DNA of 61,597 nt, the filler included, from Dimargaris cristalligena (lineage: Eukaryota), in assembly GCA_003614675.1 (NCBI GenBank). It is 17 parts of 17 records of this genome, joined end to end, with 100 filler letters (N's around TTAATTAATTAA, not from the genome) between each part and the next. Parts side by side here need not be neighbours in the genome. Positions count along the whole stretch, not along the records: positions 1 to 3,562 come from ML003912.1; positions 3,663 to 7,218 come from ML003913.1; positions 7,319 to 10,873 come from ML003914.1; positions 10,974 to 14,521 come from ML003915.1; 13 more parts are not named here. One strand, written 5' to 3'. Under the pieces are notes generated by a model. That model did no database searches, had not been told where the DNA came from, and worked only from the letters and a program-made list of their open reading frames with translations. The position numbers and the translations under genes are program-made. This document shows, in pieces, positions 1-12,327 of this stretch; the first letter of the stretch is position 1; each line of letters opens with the position of its first letter.

Positions 1-391
1 GTTAGCTTGGCCCTGCTGTTCCAGGTTTCCCCTCCCAACAGCTTTTGTATGCATCCAACTAGGATGACCTTAGTTTACCTCACTACCATTGCTTTCTTAA
101 TTGCATATTGCCACCACTTAGGCCACTATTTGTTCAAACTTGGTTGAAGAAAGGGTAGGACCATATCCAACCGAATAGGATTAAAAGGCAATTATATTAT
201 CCCTCTCCATAATTTAAGTTAAGTACAAATCCTAACCTACATTGTATTGTTTAATATATTAATCATCCATCCTTGTATTGTAGAGGCTCAGATAATTCTT
301 TACAAAGTTGGTAGTCAGCCAACCCATCTCAGAAAATCCTGGCTACACACCATCCAAACAGTGATGTAGATAGTATTCATATTCATGTATA

Positions 392-2942
392 TTGAAGCCA
401 CTGTGGTCTTACTCACTGTGTATGCCAACCCTGCCTCACAAACAGACTAGCATCCCTAACTCACTTCAGCAATATTTTAACAGGCTACTATTGTATTTGC
501 TGTTGAGGTCTACTATTTCATGTACTCAGAGACTGATGCTCAGTCCATTATCAAAAGGAAGCCCAGTTTGCTTCCCCACTGGCTTTAACTATGGGTCATG
601 GAAGCTGTTTTCCATGCCTGGGAGCTCTCTCAGATTTTACTGGATAGCCAGTATTCTAACAATAGTCAGCTTGGCACCAATTTATTTGCCTATTACATCA
701 TATTAGGTATAGTGGTCACCAAGTTACTGTTAGCCATTCTCAGCATCACTATTCCACTCTTTACCATGTGGCATCATTCTGAGGGCATTTTTTTCAACAG
801 TTAGCTCACCTTAGGACCCAGGTACATCAAAAATTGGGGGGAAAGAATCCGCTTCAATGAACAGAGTCTCTGGTGATGTTCCCCCCACCCCATTACTCAG
901 TATGGGTGGCTTATACCCAAACACTCCATATTATTTATGGCCAGGCATTCCCTTTAAATGTTGTTGTGGCTTTTCAATTAGCATCAAACTGGGCAATTGA
1001 GTTCTTTACCCAATGGGCTCAGGCCTTTGAGCTGGGTTTCTATAAGAGCCTTCTTAACTCATTAGATAGTCATGAATTGGCCTTCCCCGCTTTAGCAAGA
1101 TATGGTGTGGCCAGTATGGTCAATGAAATGGTTAGCGCAACCCTGAAGCAATATGGCCACTGCTCTTTCACCCTCTGGGCAGTTATTCTATCAAAGTGAA
1201 AGGTGTTTATGTACTCAATCATACAGGCCAAGTTAATGCATTTTCATGTGGGAAGCTTTGGCCACAGACTGCTCTCTATATACCTCAATGCTGTCAGGGG
1301 CCTGTATGGATTTGTGGAGCGTTTTTTGTTAAGTTAGGTCCCGCCTTGTTGGGGATGCTGATGACTGTATATTACTTTCATTGGTTTTACAACCCTTACT
1401 TTATGGCTCTTTTGTTAGCCATGGGTATATGGGAACTGGTCACAATGGCTGTGATTGCTCCAGTCATAAGCATAGACCGACACTACTGCCATATGCAATG
1501 GTCACATGAAACATGTGAGTGACTCTCAGCCATCATTTACTCCAGCCTGGTGAAGCAGTATGCAGAGGAGCAGTTCCACATCAATAGGCATGTGGACTTC
1601 ATTACCAAGGGTGGGAGTGAATCTAAGGTGTATGATTGTGCAGAGAGTTATTTAACATTCAAAGATATTCTCCAGATGGTCAGGAAGCTACTTCAATTTA
1701 TAGGTATCATAATGTGCCTACGACTTCTAGCCCATGGTGAAATAAAATCCACTGATGTTCTGTTCTTTGTATCTTGTTTTCACGAAACCTACCATCCTTT
1801 GACTTATTTAGCCAGCCTCATACGTGAAATCAGACAAGTCTCTGATGACTGTCAAGCCCTTCTACATCTCATTGACAATTACAATGATGTATGCAATCCC
1901 AATGACACACCTACCAATTGGGATATTTCTGGAGGGATCATTGAGTTTAAGGACATGTATTTCGGTTACAACCCAAAGCACCCAGTACTCAATGGTATGC
2001 TTTAANNNNNNNNNNNNNNNNNNNNNNNNNNNNNNNNNNNNNNNNNNNNNNNNNNNNNNNNNNNNNNNNNNNNNNNNNNNNNNNNNNNNNNNNNNNNNNN
2101 NNNNNNNNNNNNNNNNNNNNNNNNNNNNNNNNNNNNNNNNNNNNNNNNNNNNNNNNNNNNNNNNNNNNNNNNNNNNNNNNNNNNNNNNNNNNNNNNNNNN
2201 NNNNNNNNNNNNNNNNNNNNNNNNNNNNNNNNNNNNNNNNNNNNNNNNNNNNNNNNNNNNNNNNNNNNNNNNNNNNNNNNNNNNNNNNNNNNNNNNNNNN
2301 NNNNNNNNNNNNNNNNNNNNNNNNNNNNNNNNNNNNNNNNNNNNNNNNNNNNNNNNNNNNNNNNNNNNNNNNNNNNNNNNNNNNNCCTGGCCCACTAATT
2401 TGGATTGCAAAAAAGCCAAAATACTGCCTACAACCATCTGGCATAACATTCAGTACAGGTCAGTGTCCATGAACATGAGTGCAATGCTGGAAAAGGTCCA
2501 TGAGGCCGCTTGTAAAGTACAAATCCATGATAAGATTATATCTCTTCCAAATGGCTATGAGTTGGTAATTGACGGATCAGGCATTAGGCTTAGTGGTGGA
2601 GAAATCCAGTGTATCAATATCGCGCGAGGTTTGGTGCAACCACATAAAGTACTTCTTCTCGATGAAGCCACATTGGCCCTGGACATGATTACCAAACGGA
2701 AGGTCCAGGGGGCACTCAAAGTCGACAATCAGGGCAAAACCTGTGTGATCATTGCCCATCGCTTGTCGACCATTATTCACTTGGACCAGATTTTGGTTAT
2801 CCAGGACGGAGGAATCACCGAGCAGGGCACTTTTACCGAACTGACTGCATTACCTGACAGTATCTTTAAAGGGATATGGAACTCCAAAATGAACATTTAC
2901 AAGGGATGCAATACCTCTGTAGCTCTGGAAGCTGCCGAATAG
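392..2942 (+). pseudogene. Degenerate ABCB-type half transporter (HMT1/ABCB6/ATM1-like), interrupted by an N gap at 2005-2385
   Basis: NBD motifs in 2386-2942: signature LSGGEIQCINIARGL, Walker B VLLLDEATLALD, H-loop IIAHRLSTI. GIIEFKDMYFGYNP precedes the gap. The upstream hydrophobic membrane domain is broken into short ORFs by stops and frameshifts. Walker A would fall in the gap. 5' boundary approximate. Confidence 0.8.
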
Positions 2943-3562
2943 GTTGAAATATACAACGACCCTCCTTCCCCTACTATTCATAATATTTTTACTAGAAGTA
3001 TTCTAATGCGACACCCCTTTTACTATAACTAGTCAATTTTAAATAGATACAATGGAATCGCAGTCCAGCCATATGGAACCTGATCTAGTCAATAAATATT
3101 CATTAAATAGTGCTGGACATCCAGTATATTATACATTATTTCTATGTAGAAACTCGATTATATACTTGTTGTTTCAGTGGGTACGATCCAGTCTTTATTA
3201 TTAAGTGAAGTGATAAAAAAGACATGGCCTGGTAGGCTAAAATTTCAGTCTATGGCAACACTTTCCAACAATTAATTGATGAACATTGGAACACCTGCAC
3301 CTAAGAAGAGTAGGATCATTGGGCATAAGATGGCTAGTAAGCTTACTACAACTTCCCAAACAAATCAACAGCCCCATTCACTGCCAGCACTCACATTTAA
3401 TGGGAATTGGTATTAGATTCCATCACAAGTGCCGTATTTTAATTGGTAAATATGAGCCTTTAGTAGGCAATAAAATAGAGTAACCGACTTCTCAAAGAAC
3501 TGCCAGAGTTTCCATAGTTATATAAAATAAAAGTATTTTGATTACCAGCATCACTCCTAGGT

Positions 3563-3662
3563 NNNNNNNNNNNNNNNNNNNNNNNNNNNNNNNNNNNNNN
3601 NNNNNNTTAATTAATTAANNNNNNNNNNNNNNNNNNNNNNNNNNNNNNNNNNNNNNNNNNNN
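3563..3662. other. Artificial contig linker (first of 16)
   Basis: 44 N + TTAATTAATTAA (stops in all six frames) + 44 N. The same linker starts at 7219, 10874, 14522, 18166, 21805, 25434, 29062, 32690, 36315, 39936, 43556, 47175, 50790, 54398 and 58004. Confidence 0.99.
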
Positions 3663-3680
3663 GAGTTATAAGTAAGAACT

Positions 3681-3726
3681 ATGAATACTGAATACTGAAT
3701 ATTGAATGTTGAATATTGAATATTGG
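3681..3726. repeat. Short tandem repeat, (TGAATAY)n heptamer
   Basis: atgaatactgaatactgaatattgaatgttgaatattgaatattgg. Confidence 0.85.
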
Positions 3727-4269
3727 AAAAACGGCCTAGTCATTGAATGGCTTATAACTGGGTGGGAAAAGATGAAGACTGGTATTTGGTGATGTTCTTC
3801 ATCTTCCTAAACTAAAAATAGTTTGGCCGGGATATACTATTAGAGATTAAGCAGGCCCGGCCACAACAACTCTCCAAAGATATTGATTACATTGAGTGCA
3901 GATGATAGACACTTGGTTTGAGCGTAGCCCCACGGGACAACCATATGTCTTCGATTGCGCTAGCATCAATAATTCCACTCAAATCGTGCTGAGATTTCAA
4001 TATATGGTTATAATCGTTTATAATTGAAACACATACTTTCAAGTACGAATGTAAATAAAAGTGGAATGCCAAACATTTCTGAGCTAAGACAAAATAGAGA
4101 AGCAACATATACGCAAACGGGTATTCGAACTGGGTAAAGCATCAATGAGATGGGCATGGATGTAGTCTAACTTCATAAAAGAATAAATTGGTATAGGGAT
4201 AGGAGGAATGTCGAATAAATCAAACTGATCTCTGAACGGTCTCCCAGTAGTTTGTACCACTACAGATTT

Positions 4270-4671
4270 CTAGCGGGTCTGGCCGGATGGGAGCGTCAGT
4301 TTTTTGGGATTATTGTATTTGGTGAGTGCCGTCCCTCCAGCAGGACTGCTGGGGTTTCTCCAGGGCGCCTTTGACTTGGCAGCTGCTACAGGTCTGGCTG
4401 TCGGTGCGGGATTACTACCTGCGACTGGAGCTTTCGGCGTTTTAGTGCTGGGCGGGGAAGTGTTGGACCTCACCGGGGCCGACCTAGCGGAGCCAGAGGT
4501 TGGCAGGGATAGGCTTCTTTCGGGCTTTTCAGAGCGGTTCCTGAGTGCTACAGCGTCAGAGACCCGGGCCACTAATCGGTTGGCCACGGCATCAGATGAC
4601 GAGGCACCTTGGGCTAAGGTATGGGAAGCCAGAGCAAGGACGAGTAGGGTGGCGGTGATTTTGAAGCGCAT
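4270..4671 (-). CDS. Small secreted basic Ser/Pro/Thr/Ala-rich orphan protein, 133 aa
   Basis: ATG at 4671 in accATG context. Signal peptide MRFKITATLLVLALASHTLA. Single exon. TATAAATA on the minus strand near 4895-4902. Confidence 0.75.
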   Translation of the reverse strand: MRFKITATLLVLALASHTLAQGASSSDAVANRLVARVSDAVALRNRSEKPERSLSLPTSGSARSAPVRSNTSPPSTKTPKAPVAGSNPAPTARPVAAAKSKAPWRNPSSPAGGTALTKYNNPKKLTLPSGQTR

Positions 4672-6203
4672 GGTGATGAATAAAGAGGGCGGAGGTGGAG
4701 GTGGGGGGTGGTCTGGAGAAATAGAGCAGATCCTGCAAACAGTGGGGCGATGGTTAAAACGGACCAAATTTAATAGAGCATTGTGTGTTAATGAGGGGAA
4801 ACTGGAGAGAGCAAATGCGGGTAATGTCAGTGGGACGGACGAGAACGTATGGTTGAATGATTTGAATAATTCCACTGGCGGAGAAACGGTCAGATATTTA
4901 TACTATCATTGCAGGTAAAAACCAAAGGCCAGTCATTGATTTTACTACCGTTACTTTTCCCGTGTCTTGATTTTGCCCGCTTGACATGCGTATGCCCAGT
5001 AAAACGGGAATGCAGATAAACAGAGCCCCGTAAATATACCCACCTTCTTTGGTGACAGACAGCGGAACCGCCGCCTCTTCGTTAATGGCCGCCTGCCTCC
5101 TTGCACTCATTCCCGCCATGCGCTAATCAATGTGATTCTGAATAATAGTTAAAATTGCATTAGTAAATGGAAGACCGGGAAAATGATCCGCCAACCCATT
5201 TGCATTCCTGCAATATTGTGATCATTGTCGATATTCATGCATTTGAACCTCTAACTCAAGGGTCAGTAAATTAATCCGCTTGACTTGCACATGACTGTTG
5301 TTTTCTAATTAATGTCTTGGAGTCGGGTGGAAATGGACATATAGGGTATTATCCTCCGCAGTTACCGCCCCACGTCTGCCTACAGGGACCGGAAAAGAGG
5401 ACCGCTTGTCATCATTAAACAATGACACAGAGAAAAGCCAGATAAACTATTCCATAAAAAGGTCGAGGCAATCGCGACACACCAATAGCCAAATATGATC
5501 TATGGGCATTACCGAAACACCGCCTCCCGCTTGCGAGTCCGCTCGAGAATTCTCCTTCCGGTACTGTGCGGGCATTAAAACCACTAGGTTGGTGATAATT
5601 TAGATTCTTGGTACTGCTACATAGTTATTCGGGGTAAATATTCACCTTGGGATTGACCGATCACCTTTTAATTAACTTTATCTTAGTGCGATCCTCGGCT
5701 TGATACCATGAACATATGTCTTCCAACTTACGTCAGTTCAACCAAGGGTGACCCTCTAACCCCACAGGTGGGAAAACAGCCAGCGCCCCAGTACTCCTCC
5801 TCTAAGTGGCAAATCGCCGTGACACAGTGATGCCTGTCTAGTACCCCAAATGGAACAGGCTGGTTCTTCTTCACCTACTCAAGAGCCACGCCTCAACCCA
5901 GAGAAATACAGCTAAAAATAAAACCAAGCAGCCGACTATGGTTCTGTAACTTTATGTAAAACTCTATTATTTATAATTCCATTTTTAATCACATTCAATT
6001 GTTTACCCACCCAACTTAGCATAGCTATGTTTCACAACTCACCTTGGCTTATTAGGTTACATTGTGCACTTTTATCACCAGAGTAATAAATTGAGTGGCT
6101 GTTGAGTTGGATTTAACAGCTATTTTAATTTCCAAGTTAAACATTATGGTATATATTTGGGAGAAGTTCATCCAGGCTGTTTAATAAAAAATTCATTAGA
6201 TAG

Positions 6204-6787
6204 TGTTAGACTATTTAATCTACCTTAATCTGGCTGGCTTAGTGTCCAACCATATTAGGCCTTATAGTACCATATTAACCTTCCCATACTTACCCCCAGT
6301 ACTATAGGATTATCCTATATTATATAACCCTTCCCCTTCTAGACTCTACCTCTTTGCACTAATTACTCAAGTACTAGTTCAAAGTCTCTTCCAGTTGCCA
6401 CCAGAGTCTTTAGGATACCTGCAACTATCCAGTCAGCCCAATTACCTATCCTATAATCTTAGTAGTATCCTTCCCTTGGGACCTCCCTCTGGAGCCATCC
6501 CCACATATATATAACCAGGCCCCATTGGTATCTGTTAGATTCCTTAGTTTATTCTCATCCCTAGTTTACCCTAATGAACTCTATATATACTCACTCCCCC
6601 TTATACTAACCAGTAAGTATACCTACTGTATATCCCTTGTATATACCTACTGTATAGCCTTTATTAGTTAATACTATCCCCTATACCTAATACTAGTAAC
6701 CTACTTGGCTAAGTCCAAGCCCTATCTACTATTAGAAGCTTATCTTCAGGACTCTTGATAGACTAAGAGTGGTTAACCCAGGCAATA
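6204..6787 (+). mobile_element. LTR family A, degenerate solo-like copy
   Basis: Starts TGTT and ends GGCAATA. Shares blocks such as ctcttgatagactaagagtggttaac and ctatatatactcactcccccttatact with 40180-40435 (+), 23572-24170 (-) and 42426-43008 (-). Confidence 0.75.
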
Positions 6788-7030
6788 AAGCTAGGTAGGC
6801 AAGCTGGCCATTGTATCATTCCTTCCCCCAAATTCCTCTTTAAAAGAGGAGGACTTTTAATAGGCCTATAGGCAGAATAACACATGAAATATGTGTAGTT
6901 GAGGGCATGTCTGCTATTGAATACAGCACCCTTGCCAATACTTAGAGTGAAATACTGTACTATCAGAGGGTACTGCAACTAGTAAAGAATACCATCTGCA
7001 CCCAATAAGAAAACTTAGGGGTGGCTAGTC
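6788..7030 (-). mobile_element. Possible LINE reverse-transcriptase relic
   Basis: Minus-strand remnants GADGI and SAYRPI resemble the non-LTR RT motifs PGxDGI and YRPIxL. CpG-depleted. Confidence 0.35.
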
Positions 7031-7115
7031 ACTGATATGGATAGATGTATAATTTCCGGTGGATTTCTACTAGCATATTGGTATATTTTTTTAATTTATT
7101 TTATCACAAGGGCTG

Positions 7116-7218
7116 TGTAAAGAACTGAATTCAAATCCTTGAAAACTGAACTTTATTTGAAAAGATAGATAATAAAAGGGAAAGGTGATGATAGACTTGC
7201 TGTTCCAAGAGGTGGCAG
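7116..7218 (-). mobile_element. LTR family B end, truncated by contig end
   Basis: tgtaaagaactgaa..caaatccttgaaaactgaactttatttgaaaagatag is near-identical to 25364-25433 and 43401-43555 and is the reverse complement of about 44470-44580. Confidence 0.8.
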
Positions 7219-7710
7219 NNNNNNNNNNNNNNNNNNNNNNNNNNNNNNNNNNNNNNNNNNNNTTAATTAATTAANNNNNNNNNNNNNNNNNNNNNNNNNN
7301 NNNNNNNNNNNNNNNNNNAACGAGATCCCTGATAGTAGTTCGAACCTCCCGCCGATTTTCCCGGCTTTTTCCTCCCATGACGTAATCCCCGACCTAACCG
7401 GTCCACCGGGTCTCGGCGCTACAATTGCAACAGCTAAGGTTTCTATGAAAATTAAAAGGTTTATTAATAATGATGGTCTAAGAGGTGGAACATTAAAGTA
7501 TTAAGTGTTACCATACAATGTGCCTGCGGTTTAGGTCGACATGTATATATGGCAAATTGCAAACTGATAATTTCGGAATAAGCGAGAGTTTTGTTGTAAA
7601 TAATATAATAAAATTAAAGAAAGGTAATCAATCATACTCACACCACTATCCCTAGGTAATACTTCCCTCGGCTGGTGGCCGGCTATCTATTTCCGCTAAA
7701 TCAAATCAAA

Positions 7711-8166
7711 TCAAATCTTAGCGAACACCTGGGTCCAGTACCCATCCACGTCGCCGATGCCCATGTGGGTAGCCTGGGGATTAAGGATATTAGCCCGATG
7801 GCCGGGCGAATTCATCCAGGTTTCAAACGCTCCTTCTTCACCCCCGTGGTTCAGGGCCACGTTCTCGGCCCAATATTGGGGCTGCAGACCGTATTCGCGA
7901 ACGAGGCGATCGGCGCCCCCACCGCGATTATCGTCGTGGGTAACGGAGTTGATGTCGGCTTGGTACAGCGAATGATCCTTGGCGTCGGCGTTGAGACTGC
8001 CCAGTAAATGCAGCGGGCGGAGACCGTGTTGGTTACGGACGTTGTTGACGAGGTCGAGCATGCGGTTAGAGCTGACGGGGCGGGCGGCCACGAACGACGA
8101 GGGGAGACCGGTGAAGAGGGTCATCAGGACCGCGAGAGCTAGGGCGGGGAGAAGGCGGGGCAGCAT
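7711..8166 (-). CDS. Secreted CAP/SCP (PR-1/YkwD-like) domain protein, 151 aa
   Basis: Signal peptide; motifs LVNNVRNQHGLRPL, AENVA, WMNSPGHRANILNP, HMGIG and YWTQVF. Confidence 0.95.
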   Translation of the reverse strand: MLPRLLPALALAVLMTLFTGLPSSFVAARPVSSNRMLDLVNNVRNQHGLRPLHLLGSLNADAKDHSLYQADINSVTHDDNRGGGADRLVREYGLQPQYWAENVALNHGGEEGAFETWMNSPGHRANILNPQATHMGIGDVDGYWTQVFAKI

Positions 8167-10062
8167 AGCAATGGGTTTTGCGTGGGGGGTAAACTAGGAT
8201 ATGGGATGGAGGTGATAATAATAATACTGGGGAGCAAGGGGATGGGTGGTTGTCAATTAAGTATAAGGAGGGTGGGGGATCAACAATAAAAGGTTAAGAC
8301 TCCTCAGCCTTAAGGATATAAAATAACACTATAATAAGGTGCGAGTGGAAATGGAGATCAGGGTGGGGTTTATAGGTAATCGGGACGGCCCGGAGGTAAT
8401 GGGCAGTCCATTTATACCAACCCAATACTCAGCAGGCATAGCTTTGGTAACAACTCTCAAAGTCCCTATTTAGGGGGGAGACGAGTGTTAGACGGCTTTT
8501 TTATTGTATTTTATTTTATTTCTCATGCAAAAGCATTCCCCAAATAGTTCATTGCAATAAATTGGAGCAAAATTAAGGAGTTCATTCTATTCGGAATCTG
8601 TAAGGCTTACGGATACCAGTAGGTAAGGGGGAAAGGGAATCCGACGGGTATTGATCGCACCCAGACATACACGACCCACCAGAGTGTCAATGGAATTGGG
8701 GGGTAGGCTTAATGAGCTCCACTTCCCCCCCCCCACCACCCCTCCTCCCCAGTCTGCCATTGAAATAACTAAACCCCCATTTTTATGCAATGGCCAACAC
8801 GATGTGCAGCGCTCTATAGAAGACTGTCCATTTAATTTAAAGGGTGAACCACAACCACTTATGGGCAATACGTTGGTGAATGGGGGAGGGGGGGGATTTG
8901 GTAGCGGAATAAGGAGCGTAACTGATCAAGAATGGTACAGTGGCATGTTTAAGGTTGACTAATGATGGTAGTGTGCGGGAGGGATGGTTTTGGCTATTAA
9001 ATATAGGTTGTATGAAAAGGAGTGGAAAAGGCCGTTTCGGGGGTTGGCGCCTCATACATGAGGCAGAGGAGAGTCGGTTCAAAGTCCGGCTTAGGATTTG
9101 TTTCAGGAGGTAGGAGTGAGAGCGGTTTTCGCCACATTCATAAGTTTAGCATGACTGGTAAAAAGGAGCAAAGAGGAGCAACAATGAAGAAGAGGAAGAA
9201 GGAGGGGGGGGGGGTTCATGGAGTAAATTTATACTATACTCTCACCTTGATGGAGGCACATCGTCAGCTGCTGTGTGGCTCCGGCCACGTCCTCACTATT
9301 GTATTATGAAAAAAACTAATCAAATCTCGTAAACGCCATTGAACTATACCGGTATCTTTATAGTCTTCGCACCACAAGTCAAGTATGTACAACCAGCTTC
9401 AAAGGAAATGCATAAAGAAGAATAGCGGGGTTGTGTATCCAACTGGAATTTCCGAATTATTGGCGTTTAGCGGCTCCACTCTGCCCCTATTGTACCCTCT
9501 TCCACAGAACCCTGTCCATGTTTATCGTTCCGCAATTTGATCATGCCAGGTTGAACAACATACGCGGGAAATCTACAGTATAAAGTGAAAGGCATCAAGT
9601 AGCCTACGCAGAATGGCTCACGCGAACGATATCCACAACCCACTGGATCGGGTTGGAATAAAATGTGGGCAGTAGTACAGTGGGATAACCGGTAGAGTGA
9701 CCATGGCGTTATTCCTAATCAATGGAAAGTGCTAATAAAAAGGCCACCAATCGATAATTATCGAGTGCTAGGTTTGGTGTAGTCTTACTATCTGGAGTAA
9801 TTTTCCAGTCCAATACTCGATTGACTATTGCGTCCCATAAATGCTAAAAATAGAAAACACAAAAGTTGTAGCATTGACTATTCCCAAGTGGTCACCCACC
9901 TCAGTACTAAATCAACTGATCAGAGCTTATCTTCGCAGATCTAACGGGATACGGAGCATATTTTGACATATGGCCACAACTGAAAAAATCTAAATGATTT
10001 GAGCTTTATTGGCTACGCTCTAAACAGTTAGGTATATACTGGCCTACAGCCTAAAAATGTTC

Positions 10063-10208
10063 AATATGGGTGAAGTGCAGCTCGGTTGTATAAGGTTTTA
10101 ACTGTTATGCGCATGGGAAAATCGGTGGGATGTTTATTTTCAGCCAGTAGTATTTGCCTCATCAACTGGATTTTTCGTTATATAGCCTGGTTGAACTACT
10201 CCCATATT
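10063..10208. repeat. Dispersed element with an internal imperfect 33-bp inverted repeat
   Basis: Arms 10063-10095 and 10176-10208 match at 24/33 positions. The right arm region is homologous to about 6150-6203 (reverse) and about 23500-23552. Confidence 0.55.
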
Positions 10209-10672
10209 TCAGTTTAACCATCAGGTGGCCCGATTTTATCCGTTGATCTTCGCTACAAATAGTTTAGTCATTGACTATTTAAATTGTCTATTGCCATTAC
10301 ATACTATCATTGGTACTACTGCCAAGTACACCACTATTCTAACGGAGATATCGAGTTGGCTAAAAAGAGAATACGGGTATACTTTCAATAGTGCTTGTAG
10401 GCAATTGTTTTTTGAAACTATAATCTAGAAATCCAGTAGTTAAGAACAGTTTCGTTGAGAAATCAGCATAAATAGCGTGGTGGGTAAACAGAAATGGGTG
10501 TACTTGCGTCTCTATAGCTATTCCACTGACAAACGCGCTATTGAGGGTAGTGTATTATAGTTGGTTTGTTTTAATCTCCACTTGGGAGAGTATTGTGGCT
10601 TCAATAGCTATATTACCAACAACGTACTACTACCCAACTAACTGGCAACTCTGGTCTGTATGGTAATATAAA

Positions 10673-10873
10673 TGTGGTGCTGCAGAGTGCAGGTAACTGG
10701 AAGGATATTTAATTACCTGATTCCTTTACTAATTAGAACCCATTTATCAACGTAAAGCACAGCTCCTTGAATCATACTCTATCAATTCATCCTGTAAAAC
10801 CAATTATTTATCAAACAATATCATATATTTTATCAGTCCTATTCATTTCTTTACCAGAAAACTACAAAAAAAA
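10673..10873 (+). repeat. Dispersed repeat family C (TG-starting, LTR-like), truncated by contig end
   Basis: About 160 nt near-identical to 57844-58003. Both copies start TGTGGTGCTGCAGAGTGCAGG and have unrelated upstream flanks. Confidence 0.85.
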
Positions 10874-10973
10874 NNNNNNNNNNNNNNNNNNNNNNNNNNN
10901 NNNNNNNNNNNNNNNNNTTAATTAATTAANNNNNNNNNNNNNNNNNNNNNNNNNNNNNNNNNNNNNNNNNNNN

Positions 10974-11027
<54 letters not shown>
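10974..11027. repeat. (TAG)n microsatellite at contig start
   Basis: Uninterrupted agt/tag run. Confidence 0.95.
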
Positions 11028-11028
<1 letters not shown>

Positions 11029-12296
11029 ACCAACAAAGTGGAACGTCGCGACTAAAGTCAGCAAGGCCTGGTGGTGAGTCCAGGGACTTTCTATTAATAC
11101 ATTTTGGATAAAGAGGCGAGGTAGGGAGGAACTAACTATAATAGTTAAAGGAAATGCGAAATTGCTATGTAGTAAGCCCGAGGAACAAACAAGCAAGTAA
11201 CGTGAAGTGAAGTGAAGTGAAGCAAAGTAGAAGAACAACCAAAATCAAGCAACTCGGGGATTTTAAGGAGGGAAATAGGAGAAAGAGGGGGGAGACTGAG
11301 GAGATCCTCTCTTGTCTATTATATACTGGGCCATAAGTAGTAAATACACACCCTATCCTATAATATCCTATAATGAACCAACGGATTGCAGGGAAGAAGG
11401 AATTGGGCGGAATGTTTGGGCCACTGTCAGTCAGAGGAGCTGCGCTGGCGGTATAGGCCAATCATCATGACCTGACCTGCAAGAAGAGTCTATACTGATG
11501 GCAGCGCCTAAAACCACCACAGCCCAATAACAACCATTGATAACCACTTATTTAAACAGAGAGTAAGTATTTACCTCCCATTCGCCTCTCATAGCCAAGA
11601 CCTTCCCTTTACATGTATGTATATCAAAGCAACGGGAGGGGCATGCGTCAAGAGCTATATCAGTGGGCACCTTTTATTAACCAATGTGAGCCATACCATG
11701 CCATTAACAGCGACTTTATTGGTAGATTGCAATCCATTGGCGGCTGGCCTGTCAACCAACCTCCCCTTCTCCAATAGGAGATATCTCATATTTAGAGGCA
11801 ATAAAATAACCTTGGCACTCATTTCGCCACTGTGTCGCGATTTTAATCATGTCCTGAATGGTGCACCTATATTATAAAGAAAACCCCTCATCCAGCTTCT
11901 TCCAGGCCTCTATCGCTTGTTCACCTATTCTCCTCAACTTCCCAGCCTCCGCCAATGCATCATGGTAAACATGTGGTGGTTATAGACGCAAACTGCAAGC
12001 CTCGCCCGGGGCAACTGTCATCTTAGCTAACCGGTCCCCCCCGTACGGATAATAGTAATTCCCCCATACTCTCTCGTACGTATGCCGTATGATTTCCGTA
12101 CCCTGTTCCGGCTTTGCTACAGTGGAATAACCCCTTCTTATTCTTAATATCATTAGTATTATCCCTACAAGCAAGTGTCGTCAAATTTGGCAAAGACCCT
12201 GGTTGTTTGTGGCGACCAACTCCGGTTCTAGTTCTTTCCTTTTATCCGCCCTCCCCCATCCTCTATACCCAATCCAGCTGGTATACTAGAAATGAG

Positions 12297-12327
<31 letters not shown>

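Noticed and set aside
7319..7360. GTTCGAACC T-loop/B-box-like motif
   Set aside because: No cloverleaf can be built; at a contig edge.
10918..11238. Poly-Tyr ORF
   Set aside because: Translation of the (TAG)n microsatellite running into the linker.
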